A stretch of DNA of 63,680 nucleotides, the filler included, from Olpidium bornovanus S191 (lineage: Eukaryota; Fungi; Olpidiomycota), in the NCBI GenBank assembly GCA_017911155.1. It is 29 parts of 29 records of this genome, joined end to end, with 100 filler letters (N's around TTAATTAATTAA, not from the genome) between each part and the next. Parts side by side here need not be neighbours in the genome. Positions count along the whole stretch, not along the records: positions 1 to 1,705 come from JAEFCI010003397.1; positions 1,806 to 2,908 come from JAEFCI010001339.1; positions 3,009 to 6,373 come from JAEFCI010000229.1; positions 6,474 to 9,309 come from JAEFCI010002378.1; positions 9,410 to 12,792 come from JAEFCI010007716.1; 24 more parts are not named here. One strand, given 5' to 3'. The position numbers were made by a program, and so were the translations under genes. Below, piece after piece: positions 1 through 11,532 of this stretch. The notes under the pieces were generated by a model. That model saw nothing but the letters and a program-made list of their open reading frames with translations, was not told the DNA's origin and made no database searches. Within the stretch, counting starts at the first letter, position 1. Each line of letters opens with the position of its first letter.

Positions 1-764
1 AAAAACAAACAAAAAGACGAAAACAAAAAAAGAAAGGGCCCCAAACAGACCTCGTGTCTCTCGGGCTCCACGTGAACACCCGCCCTCCCGCCTGAGATCG
101 GCCGACATTAGGAGTTACATGGCTTTGCAGGGTTCGACCGCGGCTGCCGATCGGGGGGGGGGGGGGGGGGGGGGGGAGGGGAATTGGCCCAGGCGAATTC
201 TGCCACGTGCCGGCCTGTCCGCTAACGTGCTGATTCATTTCCGCTTGCGGTCCCCCCCCCCTCCCCCCACCACTGTCACGGACGCCCGCGGGTTTGCCCG
301 CTGTAGTTCGTCGAGCGGGCCGCCCAGATCTCCACTTCAGTCGGCGAGCCGTGAACGCAGGATTCCCGTGACCCGTCAAAAATGACGCGCACTCCCAACT
401 TACGGCCGTCGCCCATAGTCAAGCCTGCGTACGATCTGATAGATTGTGATTTGGTGAACGCTACAGCTTACTGTGACAGAAAAGAGTAGAGCACATCGAT
501 TCCGGAAGTACGGGAGAGGATGTAGTGTGCGGGACTGGGGGAAGGCGGGGGAAGGAAGGGAAGGGAAGGGGGAGAGGGGCGAGGGGATGAAAGGGCTGGG
601 TGGCCGAAGTCGCGTGTCATACATGTTCGTCCTACCTGGAAAACAAATGAGCCGTTCAACCCGATCCGCGTTCGTTCTCTGTTTTACAGCGGCTGCGCCG
701 AAGATTCTTGTAGCCCAGACCTAAGCGGGCGGCCCGCACTCCGCTAACATGCACCCAAGGTGTT

Positions 765-1705
765 TCAAATCTCGCCGCCCAGGAAAGCCCAGGTGACAGC
801 GACCAAAGCGACGCCGCTGAAGAAGCCCGTCGTGACAATATGGCCGGAGGGGTCGAACCGGACAGCGGCTGGGAGCATCCCCTGGATGACCACACACGTC
901 ATGAGGCCCGACACAAACGCGAACAGGCAGCCGTACAAGGAGCTGACACCAGGGGCGTGCCCGCCAGGAAGATGGGCGTCCGATGGCAAAATCAAGTACC
1001 CGACCGCCGCGCCCAGCGGCTGAGAGAGGCCCCCCAGGATGGAGGCGAGAGTAAACGCCTTGGTCCTCGACGAGGTAGCGACCAGGAGCGGGACCGCAAT
1101 CATCAATCCCTGATATGTGGCACAGTTAGCGAGCCAACTCGGATCATGAAGCCTTCGCGGGTAAAGGGTGGGACAACTTTTCCGGATACCGGCTGACGTC
1201 CTACCTCAGGTATGTTATGTATGAAAATGGCTAGGAATACAGACAAGCCCATAGCGGAAGACGCCTTGGAACCAACGAAGGTAATGAGACCCTCTGGAAG
1301 AGCACGAAACAAAAAGACTTCGCTGGAGCTCATTGCAACGAAGGGGAACCAAATCGTTTTCATGCACTAACCTGGAAATTTATGGAGTGATATGGCCTGC
1401 AGACAATCAAACTGTCAGGCGGATTTTCGGCGACCAGGGCGCGCGGCGAAATATTTACGTCACACACTGACCACTGCGGTTTGCACCCCTATTCGCAACA
1501 GTTCCTCCCGATCCTTTTTCTCAGCCTCCAGACATGGCCGGGCCGACGAGTTGATCGAACACTCATCCACGTCCAGCGCGACCTGCATGCTTTCACTCCC
1601 GCCTTCGATATCGCTGTTCGGATCCGCATATTTCGGCAGGAGGTCCTGCCCGTCGGGAGCAACCATAACTTTCGTCTGGGCACTTCCGTCGGCGTTGTCT
1701 TCCTC
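765..1705 (-). CDS. ZIP-family (ZupT/GufA-like) zinc/iron permease, 5'-truncated; exons 1472->1705, 1372-1396, 1205-1293, 765-1109
   Basis: GT-AG splicing rebuilds ...GVQTAV|AISLHKFPE|GLITF...LAIFIHNIPE|GLMIAVPL...LGGLSQPLGAAVG...FVSGLM; HxxPEG motifs in TM4 and TM5. Confidence 0.9.
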
Positions 1706-1805
1706 NNNNNNNNNNNNNNNNNNNNNNNNNNNNNNNNNNNNNNNNNNNNTTAATTAATTAANNNNNNNNNNNNNNNNNNNNNNNNNNNNNNNNNNNNNNN
1801 NNNNN
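1706..1805. other. Artificial contig-joining spacer (N44-TTAATTAATTAA-N44), first of 28
   Basis: Identical 100-nt spacer with stops in all six frames, starting at 1706, 2909, 6374, 9310, 12793, 14906, 16364, 19734, 20896, 22726, 25020, 26756, 28996, 30947, 32195, 33476, 35693, 37560, 40041, 41273, 43193, 44702, 47991, 50075, 51912, 53247, 59579 and 62494. Confidence 0.99.
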
Positions 1806-2409
1806 GGGGGCCCCCTTTCCCCCCCCCCCCCCCCCCCGTTCCTGTACGGCGCCTGATCCGCGGCCGCGCGTGTGACGCCGCAAACCCTGGCCCCAAAACA
1901 CGTGCACCAGCGTCACGAACGGGAAAAAAGGGGCCGGGGGAGCGGGGGACGGGCTCTGTTTTGATGGGGAAAAAAAAGAAAAATACGAAATCTGAAACGC
2001 GGAAGACATTTGAACGCCGGATGGGGAAAAGGGCGGTCCGCGAGGGCGGAAAAACAGGTGGCCTGCGCGGGAGGGACGGGAGCCGACGTCGCCCCCCCAC
2101 GGCAACCCCCCCCCCCCCCACACATCCCCCTCTCCCATCTTTTCGCCGAAGGGACCCCGCGTCTCCGCGGCGCCGATTTTTTCCCGCCAGGGCTCCTTCC
2201 ACCTTTTTCTGCGCGCGCGTCCCTGTTTTTCTCTCTCTTTTTTCATCTCCGCCTCTTTTTCACTTCTTCTTGGACCGCACTCGCCGTCTTCGCAAGTCGG
2301 GGGGCATAAAAAAAAAACGTAAATTCTCGACGGCGCGCCCTTTGCCCACATGCCGGTACCAACGCGGTTTTGCTGCGCGGGCGCAAAACAAACATCGACG
2401 TACTTAGCC

Positions 2410-2807
2410 GTGCTCTCTAAAATTCTTTCGAAAGCGCTTGAATCATGGCTCGTAAAATTGTTGACCGTTGCCGTTCTAAGCCCACGCGGTCGCGTGTGGC
2501 CACGCTGTCGTTGGACTGATGCTGGATCTTGCATACTCTTGCGATAACGAGACCAACTAATTGCGCAAGATGTGTTGCTGATGAGGCTGTAGTTGATCAT
2601 GTCGTCTCTGAACTTGGTGGAACACCACATCCATCTGCAATGATGCTGGCAGGTTGCTTGTAACAGTCTCAGCGTTGACGGAGCTCGCGGCCTATCGAGC
2701 CACGGGCAGTGCACGAATTAAACGTGACATCGAGTGTCGCCCTTCTGTCGCCAAAACTTCACAAACACGATGAGAGCATGGCAGGCCCATGGTGCTTGTA
2801 ACGACGT
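2410..2807 (-). mobile_element. Degenerate MULE/Mutator transposase C-terminal remnant
   Basis: Frameshifted TSTMGLPCSHRV (SWIM-like), QDPASVQ..RGHTRPRG and HDSSAFERILE motifs; clearly homologous at nucleotide level to 31740-32010. Confidence 0.65.
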
Positions 2808-4062
2808 AAATGGAAATGGAATGGAAATGGCGTAAATGAAACGGGAATGGAATGGTGTAAATGAAATCTCTCTCCCTCTCTCTCTATCCAAGTACGTAAA
2901 ATGCGGACNNNNNNNNNNNNNNNNNNNNNNNNNNNNNNNNNNNNNNNNNNNNTTAATTAATTAANNNNNNNNNNNNNNNNNNNNNNNNNNNNNNNNNNNN
3001 NNNNNNNNCGCGTCAATTCAGCCTCGAATCTAGCAGATCTGTGCACGAAACCTTTGGACAAGGTCAAGTTCATTGGATTCCGTGAAGGATTGGGTATGCG
3101 TAAGGTCTAACGGCAGCCCGCTGCGCAAGAGCACAAGACAAACGTGAAACCGCCCGAGTTTGAGAAGAACGCATAGAGTAAAGGTAGATCGGTAGTTTAG
3201 GCAGTGACCATGGGTGTTAGACAGATAGAGGTGTGCGCAGTGAGGCGGGGTGCTGAAACAAGACCTGAAACAAAGGGGTTCAGGGGGGAGATAGTGCACC
3301 GCGCCCACCCGGGTTTTCCCCCTGAAATCCTCTCTATAAAATAGGGTAGATTCCCGGAATAGAGCGGTTCCCGCGAGCTCCTTTCGAACGAAGAATTCAA
3401 CAGAGGGGGGGGGGGGGGGGGGGGGCACTAGAAGAGGCGGGGTGCTGCAAGAAGACGACAGAGAAAGCGAGAGAGAGAGAGAACGTGACAGAGGAACAAA
3501 TTTTCTGCGGCGAATGTCTCTTGGGGTTGGGGGGAACGGGGAACGGGGAAGGGGGGGGGGGGGGGGGGCGGTCTCCAGAGTCTGCCACGCCGGCGGAGCT
3601 AGAGAGCGGTTACGGGCGAGAAAGCGGGAAAGCCATTGCCGTGCCGTGGAAGTTTCGTGTGGAGTAGGGAGCGCGGGAGGAGGAAGGGGAGAGGGGAGGC
3701 GGGACAAAGCGACGCGGAAAAGCTGAGCGCCCAACAAACCCCGGGGGAGGGGTTTGCCTTCCGGGAAACGCCGGCCGTCCGGCAAAAAAAAAAAAGGTGC
3801 CACCCCCCCCCCGGATACGACCGTTTCGCCGGAAGTCGGCAGCGGGATGGTAAAGCTCCCGGGAGGAAGCGGGCGGCGAAATCATGAACAGGACGTCTGC
3901 CGGGCGGGATCCCCCGCCTTCCTCCTTTCCCCGAACGTTTGGCGGTTTGGCGGAACGTGGGAGTTCGAAAGGGGGAGGCAGCGGACAACCGTACGGGCCA
4001 CTTTCAGGAACGAAACCTTTTTTTTTCTTCCCTTTCTCTTTCCCCTTCCCTGTTTGCCTGCG

Positions 4063-4094
<32 letters not shown>

Positions 4095-4106
4095 GAACGA
4101 ACCCCG

Positions 4107-6305
4107 CTATTGGCCCTTCCTCTTCCGCCCGCTGGCCTCCGACGGCCCGGCGTGCGGGATGGTGAAGCAGCTGATCTTCAGGAACGTGCAGAACCGATCG
4201 ATGACGAGGAACGCCCAGCGCAGGTACGCGGCGAGAGCGAAGAGGAAATAAAGGATCAGGAAGAGGCGCTCCGACGACGGGGAGAACAAGCCCCAGCGGG
4301 CCAGCGCGGCCCCGACGTACAGCGGCACGAGGAGGACGGTAAAGTGCGGGAACGGCATTTTCGTCACGTGGGCCAGGATGATCTTCGTCTGGGGGGACGG
4401 GGGGAGGCGCCGAGAAGGGGGGGGGGGGGGGGGAAGGGGGGAAGGGGGGGGCGGGGGCCGATTTCTCGGCGAGGTGGGAAAACGCGCGGGACGCAAAACC
4501 CGAGAGAATCAAACTCGCGTCAGTACGCCCGCTCGATGACGGAGCGAGAAACGAAAGGGGGGGGGGGGGAAGGGGGAGGAAGGCCCGCGAGGGACGGGGC
4601 GCGTTTTCGAGTTCCTCACCGTGAAGCGCCCGAACACGATCCCGACGGTGAGGGTGAACAGGACGAAGTGCCTCCGGAGCGCGACGGACCCGGGCGCGGC
4701 CAGCCACGCCCAGCCGGCGAGGATGCACGACAGCATGGGCGCGAGCTCCCGCACGGCGGCTCCCAGGCTCTCCCCTTTCTTCCGGCACGCCCCGCTGACG
4801 GCGAGGAGCGAGAAGGGGAGGTGCGTTGTGACCAGCAGGAAGAACATGCCTGCGCAGATGACGTCGGCTAGCGAAGCATCCGCGAACGGAAAAGGCGGCG
4901 ACTTTCCCGGGCCCAGAAGGGTGCGCAGCGGCACGGTGTAGATGTGCGGGCCTGGCGCAAATGGTTCATTTTAGTCACAGGGCTGAGGGGGTGTTCGGGG
5001 CATCGAAGGACGGTCGAGCCGCGGAGCCCGTCTGACCGCAGGGTCACCGCGGCAAAGCGGGCGCCGGGAGCTCCCTGCCCGCCTCCCGGCCCGAAGTCAT
5101 CGGAAGTCCGACGCAGCAACGCGTGCCGCAAAACTCGGCGTGTCAGAAACACTCACCCCACACGCCGGAGGCGGCCATGAGTAAGCACGCGATGATAAGG
5201 CCCTCAGTCGGCCCGTTAACGTAACCAAGGTACAGGACGCCCGTGTGGTATTCTTCCCACGTGGTGATATAAAAAGGAACGGTCGCTGCGAAGGGCAGAG
5301 TGGCGGCGGGACGAAAATGAATCGGAACGCGAGCTGAGTAAAGTACGAAATCGCCCGAACGAAATGAACGGCCCGTCAACGCGGGGGGAGGACCGCATTG
5401 CTGGCGACGCGGAAGGCAGGATCGTAATGCGACAACGCGGAAAGCAGGATCGTAACGCCGGCAACACAGAAAAGAAAAAAAACGTGTTGCTGGCAACGCG
5501 GCAGGATCATATTTCCGGCACCACTTACCCAGGAGGAGAATTGCCACGGAGTACCACGAGGAGCCGAGACCCATTCCTGCCGCTTGGACAACGGCCCCGA
5601 TCTACGGGGTTCGGCGGACGGGTCACAACGGAAAGCCGCTCACGACGACAAAAGACCGCGGAGTTCGCAAAACCGAGCTTCTCCAAGGCAGGAAAAGTTG
5701 AGGGGGGAGGAGGGGGTTGGTTGTTGACTCACTGAGCAGTTGAGCGCGTCGCAGCCGTGATCGAACAGCTCGCCGAGCGGACTGCTGGAGTTTGTCCGCC
5801 GCGCCTGCTTCCCGTCGACGTTGTCGAACGTGGAGTAGAGCCAGAGGCCGATCGCGAAGCTAAAATACATCCAGCTCGGCGCCGGCCCGACAAGGTCCGG
5901 CACGAAGACGACCACCAGGAGCAGGTTGGCGAGGATGAACCCGAGACCTAACAGGGTGATCAGGTTCGGCCTGCAAACGGGGAGAAAAAGCCGGTGGAAG
6001 GAAGGGGCCGAAACGCCGGCCGCCAGGTCAGGGTGGTGCCCTCCCACCGCCCCGTCCTCGCCCTCCCTTCTCTTCCTGCCCCTGCGACACATTGCCGTGA
6101 TCCCAACTTGCCGGGCGGGGTAAAGTGGTGCAGGAGTCAAAACACACACTCACGCCATCCATAGCGGAAAGAGGGTGACTGCCCATTCCCAGTAGTGGCG
6201 GAGGAAGTACTTGGTGAGGAAGGATTTGTCCACCGCGGCGTACTTGTACAGCTTGAGGTTATCCAGACCCTGATTGCTGACGCTGTGGGAGTCCGGAAGC
6301 CACAT
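4107..6305 (-). CDS. EPT1: Choline/ethanolamine phosphotransferase (CDP-alcohol phosphatidyltransferase), multi-exon
   Basis: ATG at 6305 ([33 protein letters not shown]..); PNLITLLG; catalytic [26 protein letters not shown]; [20 protein letters not shown]; FGRFT; stop at 4107. EPT1 versus CPT1 cannot be resolved. Confidence 0.93.
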
Positions 6306-7213
6306 CTTCTCCAATACCTAAACTAGCTACCGCTCCGGCCACGGAAAGCCGACCCCCCCTTCCCCGCCCCCACNNNNNNNNNNNNNNNNNNNNNNNNNNN
6401 NNNNNNNNNNNNNNNNNTTAATTAATTAANNNNNNNNNNNNNNNNNNNNNNNNNNNNNNNNNNNNNNNNNNNNGAAGGGGGGAGGCGGGCGGGGTGTGGG
6501 GTTACGCAACGAATTTCACGCCCCGCGCGGGGCCCCGGTTGGCCACATGCGCGAAGTATTTTCCGGCATCGAGATCCCCGGCCGGGTTGAAATGGCTTCC
6601 GCCCACCTGGGGCTGCGGGGGGGGGGGGGGAGGGGGGGGGGGGGGGGGGGGGGGGGCCATTTAGGGGGGAAGGGCGGCGGACGGGGGGGGGGGACGGGGG
6701 AGGGGGGAAGCGCGCTGCTGTTCCTTCCCCAGACGCGATTTGCCAGCGGGCCCCCCATTTTTTTTTTCCCGTCCCGCATTTTTGTCGCGGAACCGGCGAC
6801 GCATCCACCCCCGGTTATGACGCTGGGGGCAAATTAAACGAAAAATTGCCCCAATGGACCGGAAATTAAAAAGGGGCTTCTCGGCGGCTCGCGTCCATAT
6901 ACCGGGTATGCGCGCCGCGCATATCGGCGGATTTGCTGGACGGCAATCACGGCAATTAGAACGAAAAATCTGCCCATTAAGGGTACTGATCCGCGAATAT
7001 CGGCGGATCCACTGGAGGGGAATTGCCGCAAGCGCAAGTGGCACCTGAAGGTCACTCGGTCCACTCGGCCCACTCGGCCCACTCGGTCCTGTTCGTCGCC
7101 TACTGGCTTTACTGTGACATTTTTGCTTCAGCTTGCGGGGCGCAGATTGGCAGATCACTGAGCGGAGGGCAAAACGTGCGATACGTAATTTTGACTAGCC
7201 GCGGAAAACCTTT

Positions 7214-7523
7214 GAACAACAAAAACTACCCTGGATTGCAGAAGACAATGACAGGCGGTTAGAGTTGAATTTGATGGGATGATTATAAACTGGCGGTGCG
7301 GTTGGAGTTATATTTGGTCAAATCCGTCAGTGGGGTTGGAGTTATATTTGAGCAAATTTGTCAATCGTGAACAACAAAAACTACCCTGGATTGCAGAAGA
7401 CAATGACAGGCGGTTAGAGTTGAATTTGATCGGATGATTATAAACTGGCGGTGCGGTTGGAGTTATATTTGGTCAAATCCGTCAGTGGGGTTGGAGTTAT
7501 ATTTGAGCAAATTTGTCAATCGT
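7214..7523. repeat. Tandem duplication, 2 x 155 bp
   Basis: 7214-7368 and 7369-7523 match except GATGGGA versus GATCGGA. Confidence 0.95.
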
Positions 7524-7850
7524 AAACTGGCAGAGTTGAATTTGATCAAATCAGTAGATCATGAGTTAACGTTCGAAGGAATAAACGAATTGCAAAATTT
7601 TTTCACTGGAGTCCGAGCGGCGCTTTCGGAATCGCAAAGCTGTCGGAAGCAGCGTCCTCGCAAACGGAATGACAAGGCTAGCGTCTAGATCGGGCGGAAC
7701 AGGATTAAAACGGTGTGGCTGGGGTAAACCCCCACAAATACAAGATCAGCGTCTAAATCGGGCGGAACAGGAGTGGAACCGGTTGGCCCCGCAAACGTCT
7801 TTGACTACGTCGCCGAACTTTAAGATTAGGCTGTCAGGTCGCAAAACCGC

Positions 7851-8530
7851 GTGAGTGCCGTCTTTGCGCAGGGGGGCATTCCAGATTTTGACTTTGATTC
7901 CCTCTGCCACGCTCTCAATTGCCACTTGAAATGCTGGACAATCAAGCTGGCCGATGTCTGGACGGCCTGTTTAGATGGTCGTCTCAAGCGCCGTGTCTTC
8001 ATGCGCCAACCGATGGGCTTCGGCGACGTTGATCACTGGGCCCTGACGTGGCTCTGTACTCACTATGGACTTAAGCAAAGTGCATTTGAATGGAGCAATC
8101 TTTATGATTTGGAGACTATCAAAGACGGCTGGGTCAGGCTTCCGATCAAAAGTCGTGTCTACTTTCGGTATTACGGGCGAAGTGGGGGTCCTAGCGATAT
8201 TCGATTTCTTTTTTTGATTGGTTGGACCCTATCCTGTTTACCGTACGGCAGAGCGGTCAATATGGGTGCACCGTAACACTTCCTGCCTGGGCGAAGTAAT
8301 CGAACAGATTGTTCATCAAACCGAGGACCTCGCGTCTAAAGAAATCCTTGCGCTCTGCGTTGATGACATTGTATGGATTGCGGTGACCGATGCGGATCTT
8401 TGAACGCGCATTTCAAAATGGGCCCGGCCGAGGACCTATATCACATTATTGACATCCGTGTTACACATTCTTCCGACCTCTCAAAAATTTTTCTCAATCA
8501 ACAACACTACACAGAGCTATGTGATTCTGG
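7851..8530 (+). mobile_element. Degenerate Ty1/copia reverse transcriptase (RVT_2) fragment
   Basis: DVWTACLDG..VFMRQPMGF..YGLKQSAFEW, then frameshifted LCVDDI (YVDD-like) and FKMG..DL...FLNQQHY. Confidence 0.8.
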
Positions 8531-8797
8531 GTCAGAATGAATTATTTCAAGACTAAACTATCACTGGAAACTGTTCAAAAAACCTTTCTGACGGTGGATA
8601 TCAGAGGTGATCTTGGCGCTACCTCTGAGTGAGCGAAGCTCTCCATACGGAACGGATAACGTGCGCGAGATCTGCCGGAACCAAATCCCCGGGAAAATTC
8701 ACGTATTGCCTTTGCAGTCTGAGATGCTGGATGCGAAATTGCCCGCGGGGTAAACGCCAGCGGACAGTGCACCCCAACCAGCGGCGGCAGCTTACCC

Positions 8798-8945
8798 GGC
8801 CGGGGTTCATGTCTCAATGGTAACTCGCCGGCGGACACCGGGAGGGCTTGTGATGATCAAGGCAACAATGTGGCCGGGATTCATGTCGCAATGGTAACTC
8901 GCCGGCGGACACCGGGAGGGCTTAGGATGATCATGGCAACAATGT
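8798..8945. repeat. Tandem duplication, 2 x ~74 bp
   Basis: GGCCGGG(G/A)TTCATGTC(T/G)CAATGGTAACTCGCCGGCGGACACCGGGAGGGCTT..GATGATCA.GGCAACAATGT occurs twice. Confidence 0.9.
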
Positions 8946-9708
8946 TAATGGAAAACGAATATCAGTTTCGGCTCGCCGCCCTATATAGTGCCAATTACAG
9001 CATTCCGCAGAGCCGCACGCTGGTTCTTAAGGCAGACTGGGCATTACCGCCACAACGTGCCAGGGGCTTCACGGGAAGAGGGAGAGTCGCGCCTCTTCTT
9101 TGTCCGCGAAATGAGGGAGAAAACAAACGGCGTGACCCGACCGCCCTTTGGTTTTCCCAGGCCCCGTGCCGGGCCGCCGGCTGGCTCCTGACCCTGTCGA
9201 CATTCCAAATGTTAACTATCCGTTCCTTCCCGTTTATATGAGGGAATAAGCTGAGTTCGCAGCGGACCAAAGGGCAACATCAATCGTAATCCCAACACGA
9301 GGAGTACACNNNNNNNNNNNNNNNNNNNNNNNNNNNNNNNNNNNNNNNNNNNNTTAATTAATTAANNNNNNNNNNNNNNNNNNNNNNNNNNNNNNNNNNN
9401 NNNNNNNNNTAGTCCACCAGAAACAAAATGCAGATGATGCACGCGCGGCACATTCGCCGCCGGGAAGTTGTCCTTGCCGAAAAAAGAAATAATGCACGTT
9501 TGCAAACGGCAAACGCGACATTCCATGAAAGCGACCACAGGCCGCGACAACCTTAAGATTTGTCGGCGACGCACATCCAACAATTCGAATTCACTCCAAT
9601 CCGGCGTAACCCCTCCTCTTCTTTAATTTCTTTTTTCTTTTCATCCCCATCGCGTTGCCCTTGCTTTTACATTCTCTGAATTGACGCCGCACTACGATCC
9701 CTCCTCAC

Positions 9709-10507
9709 CTTTCACAAAATCCAAGATGCTCTGGTGGTGCTCCTCAGCGGCCGACTCTTTGATAAGGTCAATCTTGTTCTGGAGGATAATTATATGTTTA
9801 AGCTTCATAATCTCGATAGCGGCGAGGTGCTCCGAGGTCTGCGGCTGGGGACAGCTCTCATTGGCCGCAACGAGGAGAAGTGCGGCATCCATGACTGCGG
9901 CTCCGTTAAGCATTGTAGCCATGAGAATGTCATGTCCAGGACAATCAACAAAGGAAACGTGTCGAATGAGTTGCATTTTGTGGCCACATCCGCTCCGCTC
10001 GCACTGAGGATGTTCCTCCTTGTCACTTCGGTAGGAGCGGTAGCAGCCGGGTCGAGGACACTCCGGGTTCTGGCACTTGTATATCTTTGCGTTGGCGTAC
10101 CCAAGTTTAATGGTAATGTTCCGTTCCAGCTCGTTCTTGAAACGGACAGTCTGCACACCCGAGATCGCCTTCACAACCGTAGACTTTCCGTGGGCGACAT
10201 GACCGATTGTGCCTGAACACGCGAGGTGATGAAGCCGGACGAGTCGTGCGGGAGAGTCAGCTTCGGGACGCAAGTGACGAGCGGACTGGAACATTTCCTG
10301 CCTCCAACGAATTTGTACCACGAAAAGGAGCGACGAACGCACACACGCGCCGAATACGGCGTCAACCGCCGTTCTGCTGGTTGCGGCGAGCTTTCCTTTC
10401 TGGCGGGGTCGCTCCCACCCTTCGCCTCGTCTCGCGGTTTTACACTTCCGTCCCCTTCCGCATCCGCCTGCCCGTCCCCTCCCTCTCCACCACAGGGCCC
10501 CCCCCCC

Positions 10508-10578
<71 letters not shown>

Positions 10579-10715
10579 CTCCTTCCTCAAGCCGCCACGC
10601 ACGTCCCATTCCTGCGCGTACCTATGTTCTGCGTGGCCTGGTTCCGTATCACCTCGGGCGATATCGGGGACAGGTCGGCCGGGACCACGATCTTCGGCGC
10701 GTCCGTTTCCGCCAT
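9709..10715 (-). CDS. GCD11: Translation initiation factor eIF2 gamma, 3'-truncated; exons 10622-10715 and 9709-10212
   Basis: [16 protein letters not shown]|[77 protein letters not shown]. Confidence 0.97.
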
Positions 10716-10828
10716 GGCGGGAAAGGGGCTGCGCGCCGGTTGCGTTGGTGCCTTCGCCAGGGGACTTTCTCTCGTGTTTCCGACGATTCGGCGCGGTGGG
10801 AAAGGCGCCAGGGGCGCGGGCGCCTGCC

Positions 10829-10862
<34 letters not shown>

Positions 10863-11388
10863 ATACGCAGGGAGCCGCGATGCACAGGTGTAGCGCCGGT
10901 TCAATGCAAATTAACACCAAATAGCAACACAAACCTCTTCCGGTCGACGCGGAATCCAGCCGCCCGTCAGCTTCGGCATGCTGCGTCGGTCCGAACCTGC
11001 GTGCGCCGGTCGCCGCTATTGCACTGACTGACTCTCGGCGCTAACCGGAAAGAATTGGGGGATGTCTGGCCGGCCCGGATAGAAACCATGCCGCTGCTGC
11101 TTTTTCTTTTCATGGTATACGCTCCTGCTGCTGACGGTGCAGCACCGGTACATGGAGCACTGACCGGTAAACAACGCCTTTACCGTCGAGAGGGGAAGTC
11201 AATGAGACCCGTCGGCATTCGCGGTCAAACTCGACGGTCGCGGCGACCACCCGTTTCATGAGAAGGACCACCAGCCAGATACATGACGGGGGACAGCCAC
11301 AACTTCAATTGCGCGTGCTCGTAGTGAAATTTTTCACCACACTTCGCTGCTTGCTCCCTTTGTGACCAACACATCACCTCACACTGCT

Positions 11389-11422
<34 letters not shown>

Positions 11423-11498
11423 AATTCACGTTTTTTTCCTTTTCCATCCTTTTTCTCTCAGGTACTAAACGGGGGCTGTGGATACGGGCGGCTGTTGG

Positions 11499-11532
<34 letters not shown>

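Noticed and set aside
1750-1761. TTAATTAATTAA repeated 28 times as a biological repeat or array
   Set aside because: It always sits between two N44 blocks; it is an assembly spacer.
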